From assembly GCA_964553375.1 (NCBI GenBank), contig CAZKKN010000002.1, positions 3,280 to 67,279 on the forward strand: a stretch of 64,000 nt of DNA, read 5' to 3'. The position numbers and the translations under genes are program-made. Below the pieces are notes generated by a model. It searched no databases. It was not told the DNA's origin and saw only the letters and a list, made by a program, of their open reading frames with translations. Shown here piece after piece: positions 10,283-18,019 of this stretch; position 1 is the stretch's first letter, and each line of letters begins with the position of its first letter. This stretch comes from an uncultured Eggerthellaceae bacterium. GTDB lineage: Bacteria; Actinomycetota; Coriobacteriia; Coriobacteriales; Eggerthellaceae.

Positions 10283-12058
10283 ATGAGAGACATCAACCTT
10301 CGCTATGTGGATGAGACCTATTCCGACGATGGGGTCCTTGAGACCTATCGAGTCCATTATCCTGAGACCTTCAACTTCGCTTACGACGTGGTAGACGACA
10401 TCGCCGTTAACGACCCGGATCGCCGGGCCATGATATGGTGCAACCCGGAAGGGGAGGAGCACACCTTCACCTTCGCCGATATGAAATACTGGTCTGATAA
10501 GACGGCCAACTTCCTTGCGGCCCAAGGCTTGGGCAAAGGCGACTACGTCATGGTGATCCTGCGGCGCCACTACCAGTTCTGGTTTGTGGCCTTGGCCTTG
10601 GATAAGCTGGGCTGCGTTATGGTGCCGGCAACGTTCATGCTGAAGGAACACGATCTGGAATACCGCCTTAACGGTGCTTCCATCAAGGCGATCATAGCCA
10701 CGGATGTCGGGGACATCGCCGATGTGATCGACGCCGCTTTGGACTCCTATGACTGTCCTACCGTGGAGAAGCTCATCCTGGTGAACGGGGGAGGCGGAGG
10801 GTTGACCCCGCTCGATGATCAGGGAAACCCCCAAGTCGAAGGCCCCTGGGGAAGCGCCTTGAGCGGTCCGGAGGGAATCTGCGCCTTAAGCGCACAGCGG
10901 GATGGCTGGATAGATTTCAATGGCGGTGTGTGTGAAGCGTCGAGCGAATGGGAGAAGGTGACCACCCTGGCTGCCGAGCCCATGCTCATGTATTTCTCCA
11001 GCGGCACCTCCGGCAACCCCAAGATGGTGCTCCATGATTCCGGCTATGCCATCGGGCATCTGATCACAGCTAAGCATTGGCATAACGTGCGCCCCGATGG
11101 CATCCACTTCACCATCGCCGATACCGGTTGGGGTAAGGCGGTTTGGGGCAAGTTCTATGGCCAGTGGCTCATGGAGGCCTGCGTTTTCACCTTCGACTTC
11201 GACCGCTTCCACGCAGCAGAGATCCTTGATCTGGTGAAGCGCTACGGCATAACCACCCTGTGCTGCCCACCCACGATGTATCGCCTCATGATGCAAGAGG
11301 ATTTCTCGCAGTTCGACCTCTCGTCACTGGAGTACTCCACCACCGCCGGTGAAGCGCTAAACCCCGATATCTTCGAGTTCTGGAAAGAGCAGACGGGGCT
11401 CACGATCTTCGAGGGCTTCGGCCAGACTGAAACACCGCTGACCATCGGCAACCTGACCAACACCAACCCGCGTCCTGGCTCCATGGGCAAGCCGGTGCCG
11501 CTGTATCGCACCGCCATCCTGCGGGAGGATGGGAGCCGCTGCGATGTGGGTGAAACCGGCGAGATCTGCATTGCCATCGACGACCATCCTGCGGGGATAA
11601 TGATGGAATACTACCGCGACCCCGAAAAAACCGCCCAGGCCATGCATGATGGCTGGTATCACACGGGAGATACCGCCTGGTGCGATGAGGATGGGTATTT
11701 CTGGTATGTGGGGCGAAACGACGACGTGATCAAATCCAGCGGCTATCGCATCGGGCCCTTCGAGATAGAAAGCGTGCTTCTGGAGCATCCGGCCGTGCTT
11801 GAGTGCGCAGTCACCGGCGTGCCCGACCCGCTGCGGGGCAAGGCGGTGAAAGCCACGGTTGTGCTTGCCGAGGGCTTCCAGGGTACCGATGAGCTCACAC
11901 AGGAGCTCCAAAGCTGGGTGAAAGAGCAAACGGCGCCTTACAAGTACCCGCGCATCGTTGATTACGTGGACGCGCTGCCCAGAACCGTGAACGGGAAGAT
12001 CCGCCGTGTGGCCATCCGGGAAAGCGACGAAGAGAAGAACATAGACGGGCTGGTCTAG
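10283..12058 (+). CDS. AMP-forming acyl-CoA synthetase (medium-chain/acetyl-CoA synthetase-like); substrate unknown
   Basis: Adenylate-forming motifs YFSSGTSGNPKMV, TGDTAWCDEDGYFWYVGRNDDVIKSSGYRIGPFEIE and PRTVNGKIRR. Confidence 0.85.
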   Translation: MRDINLRYVDETYSDDGVLETYRVHYPETFNFAYDVVDDIAVNDPDRRAMIWCNPEGEEHTFTFADMKYWSDKTANFLAAQGLGKGDYVMVILRRHYQFWFVALALDKLGCVMVPATFMLKEHDLEYRLNGASIKAIIATDVGDIADVIDAALDSYDCPTVEKLILVNGGGGGLTPLDDQGNPQVEGPWGSALSGPEGICALSAQRDGWIDFNGGVCEASSEWEKVTTLAAEPMLMYFSSGTSGNPKMVLHDSGYAIGHLITAKHWHNVRPDGIHFTIADTGWGKAVWGKFYGQWLMEACVFTFDFDRFHAAEILDLVKRYGITTLCCPPTMYRLMMQEDFSQFDLSSLEYSTTAGEALNPDIFEFWKEQTGLTIFEGFGQTETPLTIGNLTNTNPRPGSMGKPVPLYRTAILREDGSRCDVGETGEICIAIDDHPAGIMMEYYRDPEKTAQAMHDGWYHTGDTAWCDEDGYFWYVGRNDDVIKSSGYRIGPFEIESVLLEHPAVLECAVTGVPDPLRGKAVKATVVLAEGFQGTDELTQELQSWVKEQTAPYKYPRIVDYVDALPRTVNGKIRRVAIRESDEEKNIDGLV

Positions 12059-12760
12059 ATGACGGCTTTACCTTTAAGTTTGAAAGGCGCCCTGCGACCC
12101 ATCACGCTCATCGCCGGCCATTACGGGGTGGGGAAGACGAACCTCACCTGCAACCTCGCGTTGGATCTGGCGAAGGCGGGAGAAGCGGTCACCGTGGTGG
12201 ATTTGGATATCGTGAACCCGTATTTCCGTGCAAGCGAGCAGCGAAGGCTCCTGGAGGGCCGTGGGGTGCGCCTGATCGCTCCGGTCTTCGCTGAGGCAGG
12301 CTCGAGTCTTGATGTGCCGAGCCTGCGCGGCTCCATCCAACCCGCTCTGGAAAGCGCCACTCCCGATGCCCCGGTGCTTGTGGATGTGGGCGGCGATGAC
12401 GCTGGAACCATCGCTCTGGGGCGCTTCCGCTCGCTCATCGCCGAAAGCGACTATGCGTTGCTGGGGGTCGTTAATGCCTTTCGTAACCTGGTCAAGGACC
12501 CTGAAGCCGCCGCGGAGAACCTCCGGGAGATAGAATCGGCCGGTGGCCTTGCATTCACCGCTTTGGTGGACAACTCCCATCTGAAAGGCCAAACCGACAT
12601 CCCCATCCTTGAGGAGGGTTACCGTTACGCGAAAGCGGTTGCCGGGCTGATGGGATTGCCTTTGGTCGCTGTCACCGCCCCTGAAGGGCTCCATCCCCCG
12701 GCCATCCCCGATGAGCTCATCTTGCCCGTGCATCCCTACGTGAAGAACCCTTGGGAATAA
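12059..12760 (+). CDS. uncharacterised P-loop NTPase (SIMIBI/BioD-CobQ-like fold suspected)
   Basis: Walker A GHYGVGKT near the N-terminus and Walker B-like VLVDVGGDD. The ATG follows the ligase TAG stop directly, which suggests translational coupling. Confidence 0.6.
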   Translation: MTALPLSLKGALRPITLIAGHYGVGKTNLTCNLALDLAKAGEAVTVVDLDIVNPYFRASEQRRLLEGRGVRLIAPVFAEAGSSLDVPSLRGSIQPALESATPDAPVLVDVGGDDAGTIALGRFRSLIAESDYALLGVVNAFRNLVKDPEAAAENLREIESAGGLAFTALVDNSHLKGQTDIPILEEGYRYAKAVAGLMGLPLVAVTAPEGLHPPAIPDELILPVHPYVKNPWE

Positions 12761-12771
12761 GTCCGCGCTTC

Positions 12772-12800
12772 TTCAAATGGGGTTTCCACCTTGATATACT
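12772..12800 (+). promoter_or_regulatory. candidate sigma-70 promoter for the transglutaminase-like gene
   Basis: TTCAAA, 17-nt spacer, TATACT. Located in the intergenic gap after the P-loop gene. Confidence 0.4.
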
Positions 12801-12836
12801 TGATAACTACGGTTACCCCGAAAGATTGGAGCAGCC

Positions 12837-14459
12837 ATAGCCGATTGTCTCAGATACCGTATCCTGCTTATCCTCTTTGGAGTTGCCTTCATCTTGGGGC
12901 TTCCTGCTTTTGCCTGGGGTGAAACGACGCGGGCTGACACGGCAGCCCCCATAGCTGATGAAGTCTCATTGGAGGTTGAATACACTCAACCCATAGTATG
13001 TGGTACGCCCACAACGTTCAATCTCTCGGTTCCGAACGGTTCGAGCACCTACCAGTACAGGATTTCTCGCTTGATGTACGAGGGACCTAATGGCTATGAA
13101 TCGATGCTTGCCGGAGATAAGCTCCCGGGCTTTTCTGATAACACGAGTTTTGAAATCACCTTTCCAGTTGCCGGTAGATACTGGGTGGCTTTCGATGCTA
13201 GGGATGTGAACAACCCCGCAAACTATATTCCCACTAAGCGGATCTTCCCTTATATCGACTCCTCCCATGGTCCGGTTCTCTCCGATATCATCGATGGGAT
13301 CGTTTCTGAATGCGCCGCATCCGGGGCCGCCTCCGATTACGAGAAGGCCCTTTGGTTCCATGATTGGATATTAGACCATTGTGAATACGATTACAGTTTC
13401 CTCCATTGCAGCTTCCTAGACGCCCTCGTCTCCGGAACGGGAACCTGCGAAGCTTATCACGGTGCTTTGGTCATGCTTCTCAACCGCGTGGGGATAGAAA
13501 CCAGCCGCGTGGAGCACAACGGCCATGTTTGGACCGGAGCGAAGCTGGATGGCCGCTGGTGCCATATAGATGCCACCCACGACGACGTGGACTATTCCGT
13601 ATTGGGAGACCTGGAATACGATAGGCATCTCCTATTCGGCCTGGATGATGCAACGCTGCAAGCGGGCTTGGATATCGTTTTGGAAGATGCGGGCAGCGAT
13701 CCCATACCGATGGGGAAATCCCCTGATTTCACAGCGGGCAAGGACTCGCTGGCCAACAGCTACCTGGTGAGAAGCGGTGCCATCAGAAGCTTCTCCAACG
13801 CATACACCAGCCAGATCCAGGCAGCCTTGGATGCCGGCAAGACCTCGTTTTCCCTTACGGTCCCCGCCTCTCTTTACAGGCAAAGCTATGTGATCGTGAA
13901 CAATCAGGTGGCCTATCAGCTCTCCACTCAGGCGTGGAAGGCAGGGGACAAAACGGTGACTTTGAATGTGCGCTATGCCGATGGTAAGCTCATCTTCGAT
14001 GCCCAATACGGCTCAAGCGAGCAGCCTGAAACACCCCAGCCTGTAGCCCGGCAGAACATGTATCGCCTCTACAATCCCTATTCCGGCGAGCACTTCTATA
14101 CGAAGGATTGGTCGGAGGCCTCAGACATCATGTCGGTGGGCTGGATCTACGAGGGTGTGGGTTGGTTGGCACCGGAAAGCGGACGGGACGTGTACCGCCT
14201 GTACAACCCCTATGCAGGAGATCACCACTACACCATGGACTGGTCGGAGGCCTCCAACCTGATGTCGGTAGGGTGGAACTACGAAGGCGTGGGCTGGTAT
14301 TCAGACCCACAGCTCGGCGTTCCCCTCTATCGCCAGTACAACCCCTATGCCAAAACCGGCTCCCACAACTACACCACCGACCCTTCCGAGCATGCCTTCC
14401 TATGCAGCATAGGTTGGCGCGATGAAGGTGAGGGTTGCTGGTACGGTGTAGCGGATTAA
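12837..14459 (+). CDS. secreted transglutaminase-like cysteine protease-fold protein with C-terminal 3x repeat; start codon uncertain
   Basis: Cys/His/Asp core: GTCEAYHGALVMLLNRVG ... HVWTGAKLDGRWCHIDATHDD. The track starts at TTG 12894, but the frame is open from 12807. It encodes a textbook signal peptide (ADCLRYR-ILLILFGVAFILGLPAFA-WGE) preceded by GGAG (12828-12831). The only in-frame candidate starts there are ATA 12837, ATT 12825 and CTG 12864. Confidence 0.7.
   Translation: MADCLRYRILLILFGVAFILGLPAFAWGETTRADTAAPIADEVSLEVEYTQPIVCGTPTTFNLSVPNGSSTYQYRISRLMYEGPNGYESMLAGDKLPGFSDNTSFEITFPVAGRYWVAFDARDVNNPANYIPTKRIFPYIDSSHGPVLSDIIDGIVSECAASGAASDYEKALWFHDWILDHCEYDYSFLHCSFLDALVSGTGTCEAYHGALVMLLNRVGIETSRVEHNGHVWTGAKLDGRWCHIDATHDDVDYSVLGDLEYDRHLLFGLDDATLQAGLDIVLEDAGSDPIPMGKSPDFTAGKDSLANSYLVRSGAIRSFSNAYTSQIQAALDAGKTSFSLTVPASLYRQSYVIVNNQVAYQLSTQAWKAGDKTVTLNVRYADGKLIFDAQYGSSEQPETPQPVARQNMYRLYNPYSGEHFYTKDWSEASDIMSVGWIYEGVGWLAPESGRDVYRLYNPYAGDHHYTMDWSEASNLMSVGWNYEGVGWYSDPQLGVPLYRQYNPYAKTGSHNYTTDPSEHAFLCSIGWRDEGEGCWYGVAD
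14061..14456 (+). repeat. three tandem 44-45 aa coding repeats (YR.YNP..G.H.YT.D.SE......GW..EG.GW)
   Basis: Units start at 14061, 14193 and 14328 (132 and 135 nt apart): YRLYNPYSGEHFYTKDWSEASDIMSVGWIYEGVGW, YRLYNPYAGDHHYTMDWSEASNLMSVGWNYEGVGW and YRQYNPYAKTGSHNYTTDPSEHAFLCSIGWRDEGEGCW. Confidence 0.8.
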
Positions 14460-14606
14460 GTTCTCATTTGCAACGCTTTACCCGTGCAATTTTGAGGAAG
14501 ATTATTTATACTTGGACCAAGGGTGAAAGCATCATCGGGCTTCCATCCATTGGATTTACGAAAGCGCGCGTCCTGCGGGCGCTGGATTTGAACGGACTGC
14601 GTTACC

Positions 14607-14900
14607 ATGATTTGCACTGAATGCGGAGCGACCATCCCTTCCGGTCAGGCCTGCTGCCCCGAATGCGGCAATGAGCTTTCGGGTATCGCCTTGGAAACAG
14701 ACGGCCAAACCCTCTTGGATCCCGCAGAGGCCAAGACCGACCGCACGAAGACCCGCCGCCTCATCGCCGTCATAGCCTTCTTGGTCATCATCGCCACAGC
14801 CATCACCTTCGCTTTGATCAATGTCTTGGAATTCACGAAAGACGCCGATACCACCTATTTCTCCGATATCCCCGGTATAGTGGAAGAGGCCGCTGAATAA
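14607..14900 (+). CDS. small zinc-ribbon membrane protein
   Basis: CTECGATIPSGQACCPECG four-Cys ribbon followed by one TM helix (LIAVIAFLVIIATAITFALI). Confidence 0.6.
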   Translation: MICTECGATIPSGQACCPECGNELSGIALETDGQTLLDPAEAKTDRTKTRRLIAVIAFLVIIATAITFALINVLEFTKDADTTYFSDIPGIVEEAAE

Positions 14901-14974
14901 AGTCGCTCCTTAGCGCTGGAATGCGGCGCTTTTCGCATCGGTTTGGATTTCTCGCTTCGAAACACATTGTTAAC

Positions 14975-15002
14975 TTGAAATGCCTGTGAGTTTTGCTATG
15001 CT
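14975..15002 (+). promoter_or_regulatory. candidate pyr operon promoter
   Basis: TTGAAA, 16-nt spacer, TATGCT (with TTGC immediately upstream). The predicted transcription start falls just before the PyrR-binding hairpin. Confidence 0.5.
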
Positions 15003-15007
15003 TCAAC

Positions 15008-15047
15008 CAGTCCTTTAAGACGGTACAGAGAGACCGGCAAGGCTAAG
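15008..15047 (+). promoter_or_regulatory. PyrR-binding (anti-antiterminator) hairpin
   Basis: Lower stem CCTT(15012-15015)/AAGG(15039-15042), purine-rich bulge TAAGA, upper stem CGGT/ACCG, terminal loop ACAGAGAG. This matches the CAGAGAG core and architecture of known PyrR binding loops and lies directly upstream of pyrR. Confidence 0.7.
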
Positions 15048-15087
15048 ATATGGCACAGCGAATGCCTGAGATTCCTTTGAAGCCATG

Positions 15088-15119
15088 GAGCCTTTGCCGC
15101 GCGCAGAGGCTCTTTCTCT
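15088..15119 (+). terminator. attenuator terminator in the pyr leader
   Basis: 10-bp stem GAGCCTTTGC / GCAGAGGCTC (one G-U pair), loop CGCGC, then TTTCTCT. It lies 67 nt upstream of the pyrR ATG. Its 5' arm (AGCCTTTG) is complementary to CAAGGCT (15038-15044), which would form an alternative antiterminator. Confidence 0.65.
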
Positions 15120-15185
15120 ATCCGGGCACATCCCGGTTCTGCGCTGTACCCCGCCGGCCTTTCGGGGCAAGAAGAAAGGGGCACT

Positions 15186-15773
15186 ATGACAAAGCCCGCT
15201 CAGACTGAAAGCGTGGTGATGGATGGCGCGGCCATAGACCGCTCCCTCAAGCGCATCGCCCACGAGATCCTGGAGAAGAATAAAGGCACCGGAAACATCG
15301 CCTTGGTGGGAATCGTGACCCGCGGGGATGTGCTTGCCCAGCGCCTTCAGCGTCTCATCGCCTCCATCGAGGGCACCGAGGTGCCGCTCGGGCGCTTGGA
15401 CATCAGCTTCTACCGCGACGACTTCGCCATCCACCTTTCCCCAGAAGTGCTCTCCACCGATATCCTCTTCTCGCTTGATGGCAAGGACGTGGTGCTCGTG
15501 GATGACGTTCTCTACACCGGCCGCACCATCCGAGCGGCCCTGGATGCGCTCATGGACCTCGGCCGTCCCCGCACCGTGCAGTTGGCGGTGCTGGTCGACC
15601 GCGGGCATCGGGAACTGCCCATCCGAGCCGACTACGTGGGGAAGAACGTCCCCTCAGCGGCCGACCAGAACGTCCGGGTGCTCCTGGAGGAAACCGATGG
15701 GCGCTCCGAAGTGGAGATATCCGCCATAGCCGCCGGCAAGCGCGCGGGCAGCGCGCCTTTGGGAGGGGAGTAG
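15186..15773 (+). CDS. pyrR: bifunctional pyr operon regulator / uracil phosphoribosyltransferase
   Basis: PRPP-binding motif VVLVDDVLYTGRTIRAALDAL. First gene of the pyr cluster. Confidence 0.93.
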   Translation: MTKPAQTESVVMDGAAIDRSLKRIAHEILEKNKGTGNIALVGIVTRGDVLAQRLQRLIASIEGTEVPLGRLDISFYRDDFAIHLSPEVLSTDILFSLDGKDVVLVDDVLYTGRTIRAALDALMDLGRPRTVQLAVLVDRGHRELPIRADYVGKNVPSAADQNVRVLLEETDGRSEVEISAIAAGKRAGSAPLGGE

Positions 15774-15775
15774 CC

Positions 15776-16720
15776 ATGGCTTTCGCCCACAAACACCTCA
15801 TCGACCTTCGCCAATACAGCGCCCAAGACATAAACCTCATCCTGGATACAGCCGAGCGCTTCCGAGCAGTGAACGAACGGCGCATAAAGAAGGTGCCGCT
15901 TTTGAAGGGCTATACCGTGGTGAACATGTTCAACGAGCCCTCCACACGTACCCGCTCCTCCTTCGAGATAGCCGAGAAGCGCCTCTCCTGCGATACGCTG
16001 AACTTCGGCGGCAGCGCCACCTCCACCGTGAAAGGGGAGAGCCTCGATGACACGGTGGAGACCCTCTGCGCCTACAAGATCGACCTCATCGTCGTGCGCG
16101 ACGCACATGCGGGAGCACCCCATAAGGTGGCGACGAAATCCGGCGTGAGCGTGATCGATGCCGGGGATGGCAAACACCAGCATCCCACCCAGGCGCTCTT
16201 GGACCTCTACACCATCCGCCAGACCAAGGGAAGCCTGCAGGGTCTCTCCGTAGGTATCGTGGGCGACATCAATCACTCACGCGTATGCGGCTCCTTGGTA
16301 CCTGCACTGAAGACCATGGGCGCCCAGGTGACCCTCATTGCCCCTCAAACGCTCCTACCAGCGGCTCCTGAGGCCTTAGGTGCCGACCGCGTTACCGCGA
16401 ATCTCGATGAGGCCCTGCCGGAGTTGGACGTGGTCTACCTGCTGCGCATCCAGCAGGAGCGCCTGGAAGGAGCCCCTTTCCCCAGCCTGCGAGAATACTC
16501 CATGCTCTATGGCATGAACGAGCAGCGGGAGAAGCTCATGCGCCCAGATGCCATCATCTGCCACCCCGGGCCTTTGAACCGCGGTGTGGAGGTGGATGCC
16601 TTCATCGCCGATCACCCGGAGCGCTCTGTGATCCTTGACCAAGTCTATGCCGGCGTGCTCGTGCGCATGGCCGCCCTGTACCTACTGCTAGGAGGAACCG
16701 AAGATGGCTTTGATGCTTAA
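15776..16720 (+). CDS. pyrB: aspartate carbamoyltransferase catalytic subunit
   Basis: STRTRSSFE, HPTQALLD and HPGPLNRG motifs. Confidence 0.95.
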   Translation: MAFAHKHLIDLRQYSAQDINLILDTAERFRAVNERRIKKVPLLKGYTVVNMFNEPSTRTRSSFEIAEKRLSCDTLNFGGSATSTVKGESLDDTVETLCAYKIDLIVVRDAHAGAPHKVATKSGVSVIDAGDGKHQHPTQALLDLYTIRQTKGSLQGLSVGIVGDINHSRVCGSLVPALKTMGAQVTLIAPQTLLPAAPEALGADRVTANLDEALPELDVVYLLRIQQERLEGAPFPSLREYSMLYGMNEQREKLMRPDAIICHPGPLNRGVEVDAFIADHPERSVILDQVYAGVLVRMAALYLLLGGTEDGFDA

Positions 16721-18011
16721 GAACGCCCGGCTCATCGACCCCCAGGTGGGCCTCGATGAGGTCAGCGATATCCTGGTGCGCGATGGGCGCATCGTGGCTG
16801 TGGGCCACAACCTGGAGATGCCCAAAGGCGTGGAGCGCGACCTCAGCGGCAAAGTGCTCATGCCCGGCTTCGTCGACCTCCATGTGCATTTGCGCGACCC
16901 GGGCCTGGAATACAAAGAGGATATAGAGACCGGCAGCGCCGCAGCGGCCCACGGCGGATTCACCGACATCTGCTGCATGCCGAACACAAGCCCTATCATC
17001 GATACCGGAGCCATGGTGGAGTATGTGACTTCCCGCGCCGCCCAGGTGGGCCATTGCCGCGTCCATGTGGCGGGAGCCTGCACCAAGAATGAGGCAGGGG
17101 AGGCCTTAGCGGAGATGGGGGATATGGTCGCCTGCGGTGCCGTGGCCTTCTCCGATGACGGCCGCGGCGTGCAGAAGGCGGGCATGATGCGCCGGGTCAT
17201 GGACTATGGGGCCCAATTCGGCAAAACGGTGATGAGCCATTGCCAAGACGAGAGCCTGGTGGGCAAGGGTCAGGTGAACGAGGGGCCTGTTTCCACGCGT
17301 TTAGGATTGGCCGGTTGGCCCGCTTTGGGCGAGGAGCTTCAGATCGCCCGGGATATAGAGCTCTCGGGGCTCACCGGCTGCCCCATCCACATCCAGCATC
17401 TCACCACCGCTCATGGCCTCGATCTGGTGCGTGAAGGGAGAAAGCACGGGATAAACGTGACCTGCGAGGTCACGCCGCATCACATGTTCCTCTGCGATGA
17501 GGACATCGATGAGACATACAACACGAATCTGAAGGTCAACCCACCGCTTCGCTCCAAGGATGACGCCCAGGCGGTCATAGACGCTGTGGTCGATGGCACC
17601 GTGGATTGCATCGTGACCGACCACGCCCCTCACGCCGACTACGAGAAAGCCCGGGAATTCGAGCTCGCTCCCTTCGGCATGACGGGCATCGAGACGAGCA
17701 TCGGGCTGGTTTTGGATAAGCTGGTGCGCCCGGGAGTGATCTCTTGGCAGCGCATGGTGGAACTCATGAGCATCAACCCCCGGCGCATATTGGGGCTTGA
17801 CCCGGTCACCTTGGCCGAGGGCAGCCGTGCGGACTTCACCATCGTGGACCCAGAGCTTTCCTGGACGGTGACTGAAGGGGAATTCCTCTCCAAAGCAAAC
17901 AACAGCGGCTTTTTGGGATGGCGGATCACCGGGCGGCCCACCGACGTGTATCTCGGCGGTTATGCCACCATGGAAGATGGCCGTCTCACCGACGAGAAGA
18001 TCCATCTTTAG
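16704..18011 (+). CDS. pyrC: dihydroorotase
   Basis: DLHVHLRDPG metal-binding motif and TDHAPH. 17-nt overlap with pyrB. Confidence 0.93.
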   Translation: MALMLKNARLIDPQVGLDEVSDILVRDGRIVAVGHNLEMPKGVERDLSGKVLMPGFVDLHVHLRDPGLEYKEDIETGSAAAAHGGFTDICCMPNTSPIIDTGAMVEYVTSRAAQVGHCRVHVAGACTKNEAGEALAEMGDMVACGAVAFSDDGRGVQKAGMMRRVMDYGAQFGKTVMSHCQDESLVGKGQVNEGPVSTRLGLAGWPALGEELQIARDIELSGLTGCPIHIQHLTTAHGLDLVREGRKHGINVTCEVTPHHMFLCDEDIDETYNTNLKVNPPLRSKDDAQAVIDAVVDGTVDCIVTDHAPHADYEKAREFELAPFGMTGIETSIGLVLDKLVRPGVISWQRMVELMSINPRRILGLDPVTLAEGSRADFTIVDPELSWTVTEGEFLSKANNSGFLGWRITGRPTDVYLGGYATMEDGRLTDEKIHL

Positions 18012-18019
18012 GACGCGCC

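Noticed and set aside
15120-15185. Possible RBS-sequestering hairpins (CCGGG-CACAT-CCCGG; CCTTTC pairing with the GAAAGG of the pyrR Shine-Dalgarno sequence) that would imply mycobacterial-style translational control by PyrR.
   Set aside because: No second CAGAGAG-type PyrR loop is nearby, and the upstream binding-loop/antiterminator/terminator set already explains regulation. I cannot exclude it without structure probing.
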